Positions 48,043-56,226 of a DNA stretch of 64,000 nucleotides are shown here, one piece after another; position 1 is the first letter of the stretch; the number at the start of each line of letters is the position of its first letter. Below the pieces are notes generated by a model. That model did no database searches, had not been told where the DNA came from, and saw only the letters and a list, made by a program, of their open reading frames with translations. This DNA is from an uncultured Clostridia bacterium (lineage in GTDB: Bacteria > Bacillota > Clostridia > Christensenellales > CAG-917). Where the stretch lies: NCBI GenBank assembly GCA_934277615.1, contig CAKQUV010000001.1:206380-270379 (forward strand). Reading direction: 5' to 3'. Position numbers and translations under genes: made by a program.

Positions 48043-48382
48043 AATAACCCCCTCTTTCCGGACACGCCGGTATGTCCACTTCGGCGTTTGCGCACCGCAA
48101 TCCGCCTTGTTCGCTTTGGCTACAACACATTCACCGAATGTGTCGCTTAACGCGTCGCGCCCGACCACTCGTATAGGGGGCTTCTATACAAAAGTGAACA
48201 TCGCTCGCGGGGGAGACATTTGGCACTCACATAGACAAGTATCGTTCACTTGTTATGCCACTCGTTCGCCAACGAAAAGAACAACACTCGTTGGCTCACT
48301 TGTACTAATCGTCAAGTTCGGCGCAAAAACGCTCGTCGCCTTGCGACTCGAAGCTCCGAATAAGCACATACCGTTAATAAGT
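48043..48382 (-). repeat. family-C element, copy C2 (inverted relative to C1/C3)
   Basis: The reverse complement shares with C3 aacggtatgtgcttattcggag (48354-48375), gtacaagtgagccaacgagtgttgttcttttcgttggcgaacgagtg and ccggcgtgtccggaaagagggggttatt (48043-48070). The middle part diverges. Confidence 0.75.
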
Positions 48383-48402
48383 ACGCTCCGAACAAGCTTC
48401 CG

Positions 48403-48678
48403 TTCGGGTGTGGGTGTCCCGCCCATATAGTCATTCCGAGCGAAGCGTGGGAATCAAGGCGTCAGCCGTACACACCAAGCAAGCGATATAGCGAAATTGT
48501 GGCGGGAGTACTTATCCTTGCTTGAACTGATAGCGTGTATCGATTGCGCGGTAGTAGAGCAATAAATCAAGCAAGGCTCTCGGCAATCGCCAAAAATATT
48601 CAAAGTTTGAGATTATATTTTTAATCAAAAATATGCAATTTTGGCGGTTGTCGTTGCCTCGGCGATGATTTTTGCTCT
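48403..48678 (+). repeat. family-B element, copy B3 (core plus long hairpin)
   Basis: ttcgggtgtgggtgtcccgcccatata + gtcattccgagcgaagcgtgggaatcaaggcgtcagccgtacacaccaagcaagcgatatagcgaaattgtgg...ctgatagcgtgtatcgattgcgcggtag (to 48554). Then the imperfect hairpin agagcaataaatc...ggcaatcgccaaaa...ttttggcggttg..gcc...gatgatttttgctct. Confidence 0.8.
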
Positions 48679-48683
48679 TTTAC

Positions 48684-48712
48684 TTGACACTATCTTTTGT
48701 TTTATTTATAAT
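48684..48712 (+). promoter_or_regulatory. consensus sigma-A promoter for the rpmH operon
   Basis: TTGACA (48684-48689), 17-nt spacer, TATAAT (48707-48712). Lies directly after the B3 hairpin. Confidence 0.6.
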
Positions 48713-48786
48713 GTTTAAGCATTTATATATTTATACGTGCGCATAAATCAAAAAATAAAAGTCCTAAAAGACGGAGGAATATCACT

Positions 48787-48921
48787 ATGAAACAAACCTA
48801 CCAACCCAAGAAAAGACAAAGAAGCAAAGTCCACGGATTCCGTGAAAGAATGTCCACCAAGTCCGGCAGGAACGTTCTCAAAAGACGTCGCAACAGAGGC
48901 AGAAAGAAACTCAGCGCATAA
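48787..48921 (+). CDS. rpmH: 50S ribosomal protein L34
   Basis: Not in the ORF track because it is shorter than 60 aa. Hand translation gives [52 protein letters not shown] 8 nt upstream. Confidence 0.92.
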   Translation: MKQTYQPKKRQRSKVHGFRERMSTKSGRNVLKRRRNRGRKKLSA

Positions 48922-48929
48922 CGATTGAT

Positions 48930-49262
48930 ATGCAAAAGCAATATAGACTCAAAAAAAGAGCGGCGTTTGCCTACGTTTATCGCAAAGGCGAAAAAGCCTC
49001 TGCAAGAGACCTATTGCTTTTGAGTGCCAAATCCAAGGAAGGATTGAAAATCGGTCTTTCGGTGTCCAAGAAAGTCGGCGGAGCGGTTACGCGCAACCGA
49101 GTAAAACGCCTTCTTCGCGAGGCAATCAAGCCTCTTGAGGCGAACATAGACGCCGGATATATGTACGTAATCGTGGCATATCCCTCGATTGCGGACAAGA
49201 CGTATCAAGACGTATGTCAATCAGTCGAATACGCTTTCAAAAAAGCGGGGAAGTTGCAATGA
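48930..49262 (+). CDS. rnpA: ribonuclease P protein component
   Basis: 110 aa, basic. RLKKRAAFAYVYRKG...VSKKVGGAVTRNRVKRLLREA. Follows rpmH. Confidence 0.9.
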   Translation: MQKQYRLKKRAAFAYVYRKGEKASARDLLLLSAKSKEGLKIGLSVSKKVGGAVTRNRVKRLLREAIKPLEANIDAGYMYVIVAYPSIADKTYQDVCQSVEYAFKKAGKLQ

Positions 49263-49504
49263 TAAAGAGGTTTTGCCTTTGGCTGTTGCTTTTGTACAAG
49301 CGCACGCTGTCGCCGATTACGGGCAATCATTGCGCATACACTCCCACCTGTTCGATGTATTCGTACGACGCGATAAGCAAATGGGGCGCGTTTATCGGCA
49401 TATTGCTCACCATGGAGCGACTTTTGCGATGCACGCCGTTTGCGAAAGGCGGTTTTGATCCCGTCAAAGAGAATTATCGAGGAAGAATCAAATGGCTAAT
49501 TTGA
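49259..49504 (+). CDS. yidD: membrane protein insertion efficiency factor YidD
   Basis: ATG 49259 overlaps the rnpA stop (ATGA). LLLLYKRTLSPITGNHCAYTPTCSMYSYDAISKWG is the YidD signature. Confidence 0.85.
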   Translation: MIKRFCLWLLLLYKRTLSPITGNHCAYTPTCSMYSYDAISKWGAFIGILLTMERLLRCTPFAKGGFDPVKENYRGRIKWLI

Positions 49505-50748
49505 GTTATCCGCAAAAGCGCAAAATACAAGTCTATCTTATCGCGGCTATGATCGCGATACTTTGCTGTATTTTGGTTGCTTGCAACAGCGACAACTCGT
49601 ACAGTGTAGTGGGCGAAAAGGTAAGCGAGCCGACGCACTTTATGGCAAAATTCATGATCGTCGTAAACGACGCTCTCGGCGGCGGAACGGCAAGTTTCGG
49701 CTGGACGGTCGTTTTGTTTACGGTCTTTTTGCGTCTCATTCTTTCCCCGTTCGATATTTGGCAAAAAGTGATTGCCAGAAAGAACAGCAAAGCAATGGAG
49801 CGTATGCGTCCGCAACTCGAAGTTTTGCAAGAAAGATACGCTGACGACAAGCAACGCTTGCAACAAGAGCAAATGGCTCTTTACAAAAAGGAAAAATATT
49901 CCACGTTCGGCATGTGTTTGCCCACGATAATCACGTTTGTCGTGTTCTTTGTCGTTTTTGCAGGATTCAGACAAATGGTCGGCTATCAATTCGCCAAAGA
50001 CTACAAAGAGTGCGTCAACGCATATGACGCGTCCATCTCTCAACAAATCGAGCAGGCGAAGGACAGCGAAGAGTGGTCGGGCGCAATTGTCGATAACGGC
50101 GACGGCAAATATGATTTGGACGATATCGCAAAGACGGAAAAGGGCGCAGAGTTTTTGTCAGCGGCAAAGAGCAACGCGCAAGACGCAGTCTATAAAGTCT
50201 ATTATTCCGACGAGCAAGTTACGATCAGAAGTTGGCTTTGGATAAAGAATATCTTTGTTTCCGACAACTGGGCAAAATCCGTTCCCGATTTCGAAACCGT
50301 TACCGGTCAATCCGGTATGGCAACTTCAAAACTTACGGGCATCACCAAGGACGAATACAACACCGTTATGGCAAAAGTTCTCGGCACCGGCGGATACGGC
50401 AAAGACGGCAAGTGGAACGGACTTCTTATATTGCCCGTATTGTCCATTGCATTGAGTTTGCTCTCAACCGTGCTTATGTCCAAGGCTCAAGGTCAACCGC
50501 CGGCACCGGCTCCCAAAGCGGAAGGCGAGGCAGCGGATAAAGCCAAAGCGCAACAACAATCCATGAAGATGATGCAGTACATTATGCCGATTATGTTCGG
50601 TGTGTTCGCACTCTTCTATTCGGGCGCGTTTGCGCTATATATGTTCACAAGTTCGCTTTGCGCGATATTGTTCCAATTGACGTTCAATCTCATCGCAAAG
50701 ATAGTGGACGTTCAAAGAGAAGGCAACAAGGGCGTTGCCAAAAGATAG
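49492..50748 (+). CDS. yidC: YidC/SpoIIIJ membrane protein insertase (lipoprotein-type N-terminus)
   Basis: 418 aa. Lipobox ILVAC. 60-kDa-insertase core helices (FGWTVVLFTVFLRLILSPF, MKMMQYIMPIMFGVFALFYSGAFALYMF). Confidence 0.9.
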   Translation: MANLSYPQKRKIQVYLIAAMIAILCCILVACNSDNSYSVVGEKVSEPTHFMAKFMIVVNDALGGGTASFGWTVVLFTVFLRLILSPFDIWQKVIARKNSKAMERMRPQLEVLQERYADDKQRLQQEQMALYKKEKYSTFGMCLPTIITFVVFFVVFAGFRQMVGYQFAKDYKECVNAYDASISQQIEQAKDSEEWSGAIVDNGDGKYDLDDIAKTEKGAEFLSAAKSNAQDAVYKVYYSDEQVTIRSWLWIKNIFVSDNWAKSVPDFETVTGQSGMATSKLTGITKDEYNTVMAKVLGTGGYGKDGKWNGLLILPVLSIALSLLSTVLMSKAQGQPPAPAPKAEGEAADKAKAQQQSMKMMQYIMPIMFGVFALFYSGAFALYMFTSSLCAILFQLTFNLIAKIVDVQREGNKGVAKR

Positions 50749-50756
50749 GAGTTAAA

Positions 50757-51641
50757 ATGGAAAAATCAATAGAAACACAAGCGTCATCGGTGGATATCGC
50801 CGTCGAAAAGGCGTTGGTGGAACTCGGTGTGTCGAGAGACAAGGTTGACGTCGAAGTGCTTGCCAAGGGCGGATTGTTCTCCAAGGCAAAAGTCAGAGTT
50901 ACCGTCAAAGACACTGTAGCCGACAAGATGGCAGAGTTTATCAACGGCACGCTTGAACGTATGGGGCTCACCTCTCGCGCGACGGTGGAAGAGAAAGACA
51001 ATACTCTTTACATCACCATCCAAGGCGACGACAGCGGTGTTGCAATCGGATACAGAGGCGAGGCGCTCGACGCATTCCAATATCTTGCGCTCACCTTCCT
51101 CAACGAGCATAAATGCGACTTCAAGAAAGTCGTCGTGGATTGCGAAAACTATCGCGAAAAACGCAAAGAAACACTCACCGCGCTTGCAGAAAAACTTGCG
51201 CAAAAAGCAGTCCGCTTGTGCCGCAAGATCGCTCTCGAACCAATGAACCCGTTTGAAAGACGCATCATTCACAGCGCGCTTGCAGACAGCGAAATTGCAG
51301 ATACCGAAAGCGTGGGCGAAGAACCTCAAAGATATATCGTCATCATCCCCAAGGGGGTTGAGCTCAAAGACCAACGTCCCATCAAGAACGGCGAGCGCGA
51401 GCCGAGAAAAGACTCTCGCAAAGGCGGCAAAAACGACCGCCGCGACAGAAATAACGGCAAAGGCAGACGCGACGACAGAAGAAACGACCGTCGTGAGCGC
51501 AAACCGCGCGAAGAAGAGGACGAAGTCGCAGACGGCAGAGTATATCGCGGATATTTCACCGAGCAAGACGATTTCGTCAAGCCCGTAGCGCAATCCGGTC
51601 CGCCCAAATTCAAGAGCTTTGGCGGAAAAAAGAAATTCTGA
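50757..51641 (+). CDS. jag: Jag/KhpB RNA-binding protein (Jag_N-KH-R3H) with an Arg/Asp-rich C-terminal extension
   Basis: ATG 50757 with TAGGAG RBS. The R3H motif MNPFERRIIHSALAD is followed by about 95 extra residues (RKDSRKGGKNDRRDRNNGKGRRDDRRNDRRERKPREEEDE...). Confidence 0.85.
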   Translation: MEKSIETQASSVDIAVEKALVELGVSRDKVDVEVLAKGGLFSKAKVRVTVKDTVADKMAEFINGTLERMGLTSRATVEEKDNTLYITIQGDDSGVAIGYRGEALDAFQYLALTFLNEHKCDFKKVVVDCENYREKRKETLTALAEKLAQKAVRLCRKIALEPMNPFERRIIHSALADSEIADTESVGEEPQRYIVIIPKGVELKDQRPIKNGEREPRKDSRKGGKNDRRDRNNGKGRRDDRRNDRRERKPREEEDEVADGRVYRGYFTEQDDFVKPVAQSGPPKFKSFGGKKKF

Positions 51642-51642
51642 A

Positions 51643-52995
51643 ATGAGTACGATAGCGGCAATTTCATCACCGATAGGTGCAGGTGGTATCGGCATAGTAC
51701 GTGTTTCCGGCGAGGAAGCACTGCGCATCGCCGATGCCATTTTCTATTTTGCGCATCCCGCCCTTGACGACGGGACGGTTTGCCGTATCCAAGGCGTGAA
51801 GCAAAACTGGAAACCGCTTATGATGAACTTCGGTACTTTCCACGCCACGGAGTTTTGCGACAAAGGCTATGCCGTGTATTTCCCCGGTACGCGCGCGTAT
51901 ACGGGCGAAGATACGGTTGAATTTTATTTGCACGGCGGCGTACGCATTATGCAAGGCGCGCTCGACACGCTTCTTGCAAACGGTGCGGTTATGGCAAAGA
52001 ACGGCGAATTTACCAAGCGTGCGTTTCTCAACGGGCGGCTTTCGCTTGCCGACGCAGAGGGCGTTATAGATATGATACAAGCCGAGAGCGCAGCAGGCGT
52101 AAAGGCGGCGTATAGGCTCATGCAAGGCGACGTGTCCAAAAAAATCAATTCCGTTTGCGACGAGTTGGAAAAGATAATCGCCACACTTGAGGCGACGCTC
52201 GATTATCCCGACGAAATGGAGGACGAGGTTTTGCCGTCGTTGCCCGACGAGATGAACGGAGTGCTCAATGAGGTCAATGCGCTTATAGCCACGGCAAAGA
52301 GCGGTAAAATCGCAAAATACGGCATAAACGTTGCGCTTGCAGGCAATGCCAATGCAGGCAAATCATCGCTTATGAACGCGCTTCTCAAAGAGGACAGAGC
52401 CATTGTTACGGACGTTGCAGGCACCACGAGAGATACGGTTGAGGATAGTTTCGAGTGCGACGGCGTAAAGATAAATCTTATCGACACCGCAGGCATACGC
52501 CAAAGCGACGACATTGTGGAAAGCAAGGGTATAGAGCGCGCCAAGAAAGCTTTTGAGGGCGCAGACGTGATTTTGCACGTCATCGACACAACAAGCGGCG
52601 ACAAGGATAATATCGAACTTCCCGAGGGCGTAATCACGTTTGACGTTTTCAATAAATGCGACGAAACCGGATTTGGAAAACACACTGCAGACAACCAATT
52701 CGAAATAAGCGCCAAGACAGGCAAAGGCGTTGATGCACTTGCGCGCGCAATAGCCGCTTTATATAAAGATGATAAGGTTGAGGGCGGTGAGATAATTACG
52801 TCGCAAAGACATGTATCGGCACTTTATCAAGCAAAAACGGCGCTTGAAAGTGCGATTGAGTCGTTAGACGATACAATCGATTGCACGTTGATTGATTTGC
52901 GTCGCGCCTATGACGCACTCGGCGAAATCACCGGAAAGACCGCAACACAAGACGTTGTGGATAGCATATTCTCTCGTTTTTGCGTGGGTAAATAA
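51643..52995 (+). CDS. mnmE: tRNA modification GTPase MnmE
   Basis: 450 aa. G1 motif GNANAGKSSLMNAL, DTAGIR, and the C-terminal CVGK motif. Confidence 0.93.
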   Translation: MSTIAAISSPIGAGGIGIVRVSGEEALRIADAIFYFAHPALDDGTVCRIQGVKQNWKPLMMNFGTFHATEFCDKGYAVYFPGTRAYTGEDTVEFYLHGGVRIMQGALDTLLANGAVMAKNGEFTKRAFLNGRLSLADAEGVIDMIQAESAAGVKAAYRLMQGDVSKKINSVCDELEKIIATLEATLDYPDEMEDEVLPSLPDEMNGVLNEVNALIATAKSGKIAKYGINVALAGNANAGKSSLMNALLKEDRAIVTDVAGTTRDTVEDSFECDGVKINLIDTAGIRQSDDIVESKGIERAKKAFEGADVILHVIDTTSGDKDNIELPEGVITFDVFNKCDETGFGKHTADNQFEISAKTGKGVDALARAIAALYKDDKVEGGEIITSQRHVSALYQAKTALESAIESLDDTIDCTLIDLRRAYDALGEITGKTATQDVVDSIFSRFCVGK

Positions 52996-53150
52996 AAGCC
53001 CGCAACGATAGAGATATCCGCAATAGATAGAAATATAATAGAATGCGAACTTAAATATAACGAAAAATCACGGCAATTTTCAGCGATAAAACGTAAGGAA
53101 ATTTGTCGTATAAAGATAATAATTTTTGCGATCAATCGCGATATACAACT

Positions 53151-54983
53151 ATGCAAAATTTTGACGCTGTCGTAATAGGAGGCGGACACGCCGGTGTCGA
53201 AGCCTCGCTTGCGCTTGCAAGACTCAATAAAAAAACGCTTATGTTGTGCCTTGATTACGGCACTGTTTCTTTGATGCCTTGCAATCCTGCAATCGGCGGA
53301 ACGGCAAAGGGACATCTCGTCAAAGAGGTGGACGCGCTCGGCGGTCAGATGGGGCTTTCGGCAGACAAAGCGCTTCTTCAAATAAAAACGCTCAATTCGG
53401 CAAAAGGCCCTGCGGTGTTCTCGCTCAGAGGACAAGAGGACAAGGCGGTTTATCACGAACTTATGCTCGATATAGTGCGCAATCAACCCAACCTCACCGT
53501 GCTTGACAAAGAGGCAAGCGAAGTTGTGGCAAAGGACGGCAAAGTGTGCGCCGTGCGCACGACGGACGGTGAAGAGTACGCCTGCAAAGCGGCGGTGCTT
53601 GCCACGGGCGTATATCTCAACGGAGCGATAATCATTGGCGATTACGTCAAAAAGAGCGGCCCTAGCGGATTTGAAAGCGCAACTCATCTTACCGACAGCC
53701 TAAAAAATCTCGGAGTGCAAATGCGCCGTTTCAAGACCGGCACGCCTGCGAGAATTTATCGCGACAGCATAGATTTTTCCAAAATGGAAATCCAAAGAGG
53801 GGATGACAGCGACAGATTCTCCTTTATGTCGCCTCACGAGGTCTTTAAGGAAGAGCCGTGTTGGCTCACATACACCAATGCCCAAACACACAAGATTATA
53901 CTTGACAATATAGACCGTTCCCCGCTTTACAACGGCACCATTCAATCTGTAGGTCCGAGATATTGTCCGTCAATCGAAACCAAAGTTATGCGTTTCAAGG
54001 ACAAGGAAAGGCATCAGATTTTTGTGGAACCCGAGGGCGCTGATAGTGAGGAAATGTACATACAAGGTATGTCCACGTCCTTGCCGCACGACGTGCAAGA
54101 GCAGATGTACAGGACGTTGCCCGGGCTTGAGAATTGCCGCTTTGCCAAATACGGCTATGCAATAGAATACGATTGCCTTGATCCGCTCGGCATGTATCCG
54201 TCGCTTGAAAACAAAGCGGTGGAGGGGTTGTTCTCGGCAGGACAGATGAACGGCAGCAGCGGATACGAAGAGGCGGCGGCGCAAGGTCTTATCGCAGGTA
54301 TCAACGCGGCAAGAAAGATTGACGGCAAAGAGCCGTTTGTATTGCGCAGAGATCAGGCGTATATAGGCGTGCTTATCGACGACCTTGTTACAAAAGGAAC
54401 CAACGAGCCGTACAGAATGATGACCGCGCGCGCGGAACATCGCATATTCTTGCGCCAGGACAATGCTGACATGCGCCTCACCCCCATAGGAAGAGAGATC
54501 GGTCTTGTCGATGACGCACGCTATCAACGCATGCTTGACAAAAAGGCAATGATAGAACGCGTTATCGAGTTTTCATCCAAAACCATGTCCAGGGATATCG
54601 TTGAGGGCTTGTTTAACGAACTCGGTGAAGAGATGCCGCAAAAAACGCCCACGTTTGCCGAGATTTGCAGACGTCCGAGCGTGGAGGCGCAGCACTTGAG
54701 AAGATTTATCGATTTCGAGTGCGACGACGAAGCATTGAAGGCGGCGGCAATCGAACTCAAATACGAGGGCTATCTCAAAAAAGAGCAATCCGCAATCAAT
54801 GAGCAGAAGAGGCTGGAAGGCAAGCTTATCCCCAAAGATTTCGATTACAACTCAATCAAAGCGCTAAGGATAGAGGCAAGACAAAAGCTTTCCGAAATCC
54901 GTCCGCTCAATCTCGGTCAAGCGTCCAGAATATCCGGAGTATCGCCTGCGGACATCGCTGTGTTGATTGTCGCATTGCGATAA
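53151..54983 (+). CDS. mnmG: tRNA uridine 5-carboxymethylaminomethyl modification enzyme MnmG (GidA)
   Basis: MQNFDAVVIGGGHAGVEA FAD motif. 610 aa from ATG 53151 (the ORF track extends to a TTG at 53103). Confidence 0.95.
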   Translation: MQNFDAVVIGGGHAGVEASLALARLNKKTLMLCLDYGTVSLMPCNPAIGGTAKGHLVKEVDALGGQMGLSADKALLQIKTLNSAKGPAVFSLRGQEDKAVYHELMLDIVRNQPNLTVLDKEASEVVAKDGKVCAVRTTDGEEYACKAAVLATGVYLNGAIIIGDYVKKSGPSGFESATHLTDSLKNLGVQMRRFKTGTPARIYRDSIDFSKMEIQRGDDSDRFSFMSPHEVFKEEPCWLTYTNAQTHKIILDNIDRSPLYNGTIQSVGPRYCPSIETKVMRFKDKERHQIFVEPEGADSEEMYIQGMSTSLPHDVQEQMYRTLPGLENCRFAKYGYAIEYDCLDPLGMYPSLENKAVEGLFSAGQMNGSSGYEEAAAQGLIAGINAARKIDGKEPFVLRRDQAYIGVLIDDLVTKGTNEPYRMMTARAEHRIFLRQDNADMRLTPIGREIGLVDDARYQRMLDKKAMIERVIEFSSKTMSRDIVEGLFNELGEEMPQKTPTFAEICRRPSVEAQHLRRFIDFECDDEALKAAAIELKYEGYLKKEQSAINEQKRLEGKLIPKDFDYNSIKALRIEARQKLSEIRPLNLGQASRISGVSPADIAVLIVALR

Positions 54984-55003
54984 AATCAAAAATTTTAAGA
55001 CAA

Positions 55004-55031
55004 AAGCGTCAATCGGCGCTTTTTCTTTTTT
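55004..55031 (+). terminator. intrinsic terminator after mnmG
   Basis: aaagcg-tcaatcgg-cgcttt followed by ttctttttt. Confidence 0.55.
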
Positions 55032-55379
55032 GCAAAACAAATTAAAGACGCGCAAAAAACAATTTTGTTAAAAATACTTTGTTTGCGCAAATCGCTTATA
55101 TTTGATTTACTTAAAATCAACGATTGCAGCGGTTAGATATCCGAAAAATCGCATTTAAAATATCTTAAAACAGCACGTTTTCAAAAATACCCGCTTAGAA
55201 TGCCGATTTCAATAAAAACGGTGTTTTTTGCAGGTTTTTTCTTGCAAAAACAGCGTTTTGCAAACAATTCAAGGCGCAATTTTGCACAATTCTTGTATAA
55301 ATTGTTAAAAGTTTTTAAGGGTTTTGTAAAGAATTTTGCAAAATTTGAAAAAAAATATAAAAAAATTTACAAAAACCCC

Positions 55380-55408
55380 TTGACAAATAATTCTTTTGGG
55401 CATAATAT
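55380..55408 (+). promoter_or_regulatory. near-consensus orphan promoter with no downstream ORF
   Basis: TTGACA (55380-55385), 17-nt spacer, TAATAT (55403-55408). Preceded by a long A/T-rich tract. Downstream DNA up to 56226 contains only repeat modules A4, A5 and C3. Confidence 0.5.
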
Positions 55409-55511
55409 GTAAACGTAATCGGGAAACGAAAGGCTCCCGAACCAAAATAACTCATAATTTTCCCCCTTATCATAGCGAGCGACTTTGGGTGTATCACCCG
55501 AGGTCGTTTGC

Positions 55512-55640
55512 ATTTTATGGAACAAAACAGCAAATAACTGTGTCAGAGCCACCCGACCATCAACTCATTTACGATAAGTAAACTAGGGTTGCTGTTCGGG
55601 TGGCTCTTCCTTGTTCTTTATCCGTTTTGTTCCATAAAAT
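55512..55640 (+). repeat. family-A element, copy A4, with a 17-bp outer stem
   Basis: attttatggaacaaaac (55512-55528) pairs with gttttgttccataaaat (55624-55640). Inner stem agagccacccga (55545-55556) / tcgggtggctct (55596-55607). Core caactcatttacgataagtaaactagggttg (55561-55591). Confidence 0.8.
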
Positions 55641-55653
55641 ATTATCGTTTTCA

Positions 55654-55733
55654 AACTTTGTCAGCGCGCATTTTTCAAAAATCACGTACGCCAAGTACGT
55701 TGGGTTTTTGAAAAATTTTGCGCTTTCGCGTAA
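55654..55733 (+). repeat. family-A-like unit (A5) with A1-type flanks but a different hairpin
   Basis: aactttgtcag + gcgca-tttttcaaaaa-tc-acgtac-gccaa-gtacgt-tgg-gtttttgaaaaa-ttt-tgcgc + tttcgcgtaa. The flanks equal the A1 aactttgtcag / tttcgcgtta. Confidence 0.55.
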
Positions 55734-55794
55734 TATATCTCTTTGACGGCTTTATATTATGGCGTCATTAAGCGATATACTTCGTCAAAGTCTA

Positions 55795-56152
55795 CTTATA
55801 AACGGTATGTGCTTATTCGGAGTTGGAGGCGCAGGGCGCCGACCGCATCGAGCGCCAAGCTTGACGATAAGTACAAGTGAGCCAACGAGTGTTGTTCTTT
55901 TCGTTGGCGAACGAGTGACATAATAAGGGAAATGTCCCTATCTATGCGCGTGCCGTAAGGAGCGAAGCGACGGAATAGCGATTGCTACGAAGTCAATCGC
56001 GTCGCCTGTCCCCCGCTACGCGGTCGTCGTGGGTTCCCTCAAGCAAAGCGCGGAGGGGGAACGGCGATAGGGAAAACACCTTGAGGAAAGGGAAAATTGC
56101 ATTAAATATTTATTTTTATAAATGCCGGCGTGTCCGGAAAGAGGGGGTTATT
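55795..56152 (+). repeat. family-C element, copy C3
   Basis: Shares its 5' and 3' blocks with C2 and its 3'-central block (56029-56079) with C1. Hairpins ggcgc-agg-gcgcc (55828-55840) and gccaacga-gtgttgttcttt-tcgttggc (55881-55908). Confidence 0.75.
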
Positions 56153-56188
56153 CTATTTAGAGGAGTTATGACGCTCTTTATTTTTCAT

Positions 56189-56218
56189 GGAATATTCCGC
56201 AATTATTAATTATTAATT
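56189..56218 (+). repeat. 30-nt repeat ggaatattccgcaattattaattattaatt (copy 2)
   Basis: 29/30 identical to 28447-28476. Ends 8 nt from the glmM stop codon. Confidence 0.8.
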
Positions 56219-56226
56219 CATAATTA

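Noticed and set aside
48107-48430. A 107-aa plus-strand ORF inside C2, and the 75-aa ORF 55982..56209 inside C3.
   Set aside because: The ORFs lie on different strands of the homologous elements and share no peptide. No RBS is present. The elements are better explained as non-coding repeats.
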